Below are positions 33,117 through 33,752 of a stretch of 33,752 bases of DNA, piece by piece. This stretch comes from Candidatus Eiseniibacteriota bacterium. Its GTDB lineage: Bacteria > Eisenbacteria > RBG-16-71-46 > CAZEPH01. The first letter of the stretch is position 1. Each line of letters starts with the position of its first letter. The notes under the pieces are model-generated. The model did not search any database and had not been told where the DNA came from. It worked only from the letters and a program-made list of their open reading frames with translations. Location of the stretch: positions 1-33,752 of the forward strand of contig JBGATO010000041.1 of the NCBI GenBank assembly GCA_044229145.1, given 5' to 3'. The position numbers and the translations under genes are program-made.

Positions 33117-33752
33117 ATGAGGCATCACCGATGTACGTCGAGCCACCCGACCATCTCACGAGTCACCCCACCGTCTCGCCCTGGCTCCTGCGCGACCGGC
33201 CTTCCGCGCCCCGCCCGGGCGGGGCATCGCTCGACCCATCCGCCACGCCTGCTCGACCAAGTGAGCCACGCGATACGGCTGCGGCACTACAGCCGGCGGA
33301 CCGAACGCGCGCGCCGGGTGGATTCGCCGGCCATCCTGTTCCACGACAAGCGCCACCCCTCCGAGATGGGCGAAGCCGAGGTGACGCGATTCCTGACCCA
33401 CCCGCGGTGGACCGGAAGATGAGCGCCTCGACGCAAAACCAAGCGTTGAGTGCGATCCTGTTCCTGTACCGCAACGTCCTCGGGCGCGAACTCGCGTGGC
33501 TCCATGACGTCGTGCGCGCCAAGCGGCCGAGTCATCTGCCAGTCGTCCTGACGCGGGATGAGGTAGCGGCGGTGCTGCGCGAGATCCAGGGGGTCGAGCG
33601 GCTCATGGCGTCGTTGCTCTACGGGAGCGGACTGCGACTCTTGGAATGCTGCCGGCTTCGGGTCAAGGCTGTCGAGTTCTCGCGCGGCGAGATTACGGTG
33701 CGCGATGGCAAGGGCGCGAAGGATCGGGCCGTGCCGCTGCCACGAGGTGTCT
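33117..33752 (+). pseudogene. intI: Integron integrase (IntI-type tyrosine recombinase), frameshifted, runs off the window; start uncertain
   Basis: 'RLLDQV..AIRLRHYSRRTE.A...WIRR.ILFH.KRHP.EMGE.EV..FLTH', 'SASTQNQALSAILFLYR.VL', 'RAKRP..LPVVLT.DEV' and 'LLYGSGLRLLEC.RLRVK...I.VRDGKG.KDR'. Three 1-2 nt deletions lie near 33312, 33331 and 33403. Confidence 0.88.

Overview
High-GC bacterial chromosomal window. T9SS/FlgD-type C-terminal domains, a PorV-family gene and a C-terminal 'TTWGxxKxxY' motif point to an FCB-group candidate lineage such as Ca. Eisenbacteria (inference). Left part: DUF1801 protein, M15 peptidase, HAD phosphatase, mfd with a long acidic insertion, an AbrB/MazE-PIN toxin-antitoxin pair and a lipoprotein vanadium haloperoxidase. 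Middle: a minus-strand operon encoding a divergent ECF sigma factor, a soluble double zinc-finger anti-sigma and a CHAT (caspase-like) protease. It converges on a ~350-nt heavily base-paired region with no credible ORF. The same motif, GTCACA-N15-GGAC, lies at identical spacing before the sigma start codon and before the first base of this structured region. This suggests a CRISPR-independent protease/anti-sigma/sigma switch whose output is a structured RNA, and it is the best candidate for an undescribed system. From 12 to 32.4 kb: a LacI-controlled, SusD-less glycan utilisation locus, probably for beta-1,2-glucan, with secreted CBM9-like and CTD proteins, a TonB-dependent receptor, a large CTD cargo plus PorV-like barrel, two GH144-like enzymes, ABC binding protein and permeases, and a frameshifted discoidin/(alpha/alpha)6 protein. 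The right end (about 30.2 kb onward) has tandem duplications and small indels typical of assembly error, plus a Fic fragment, a Cys-rich CWC protein and a frameshifted integron integrase cut by the window edge. All family calls come from motif recognition by eye, not database searches.
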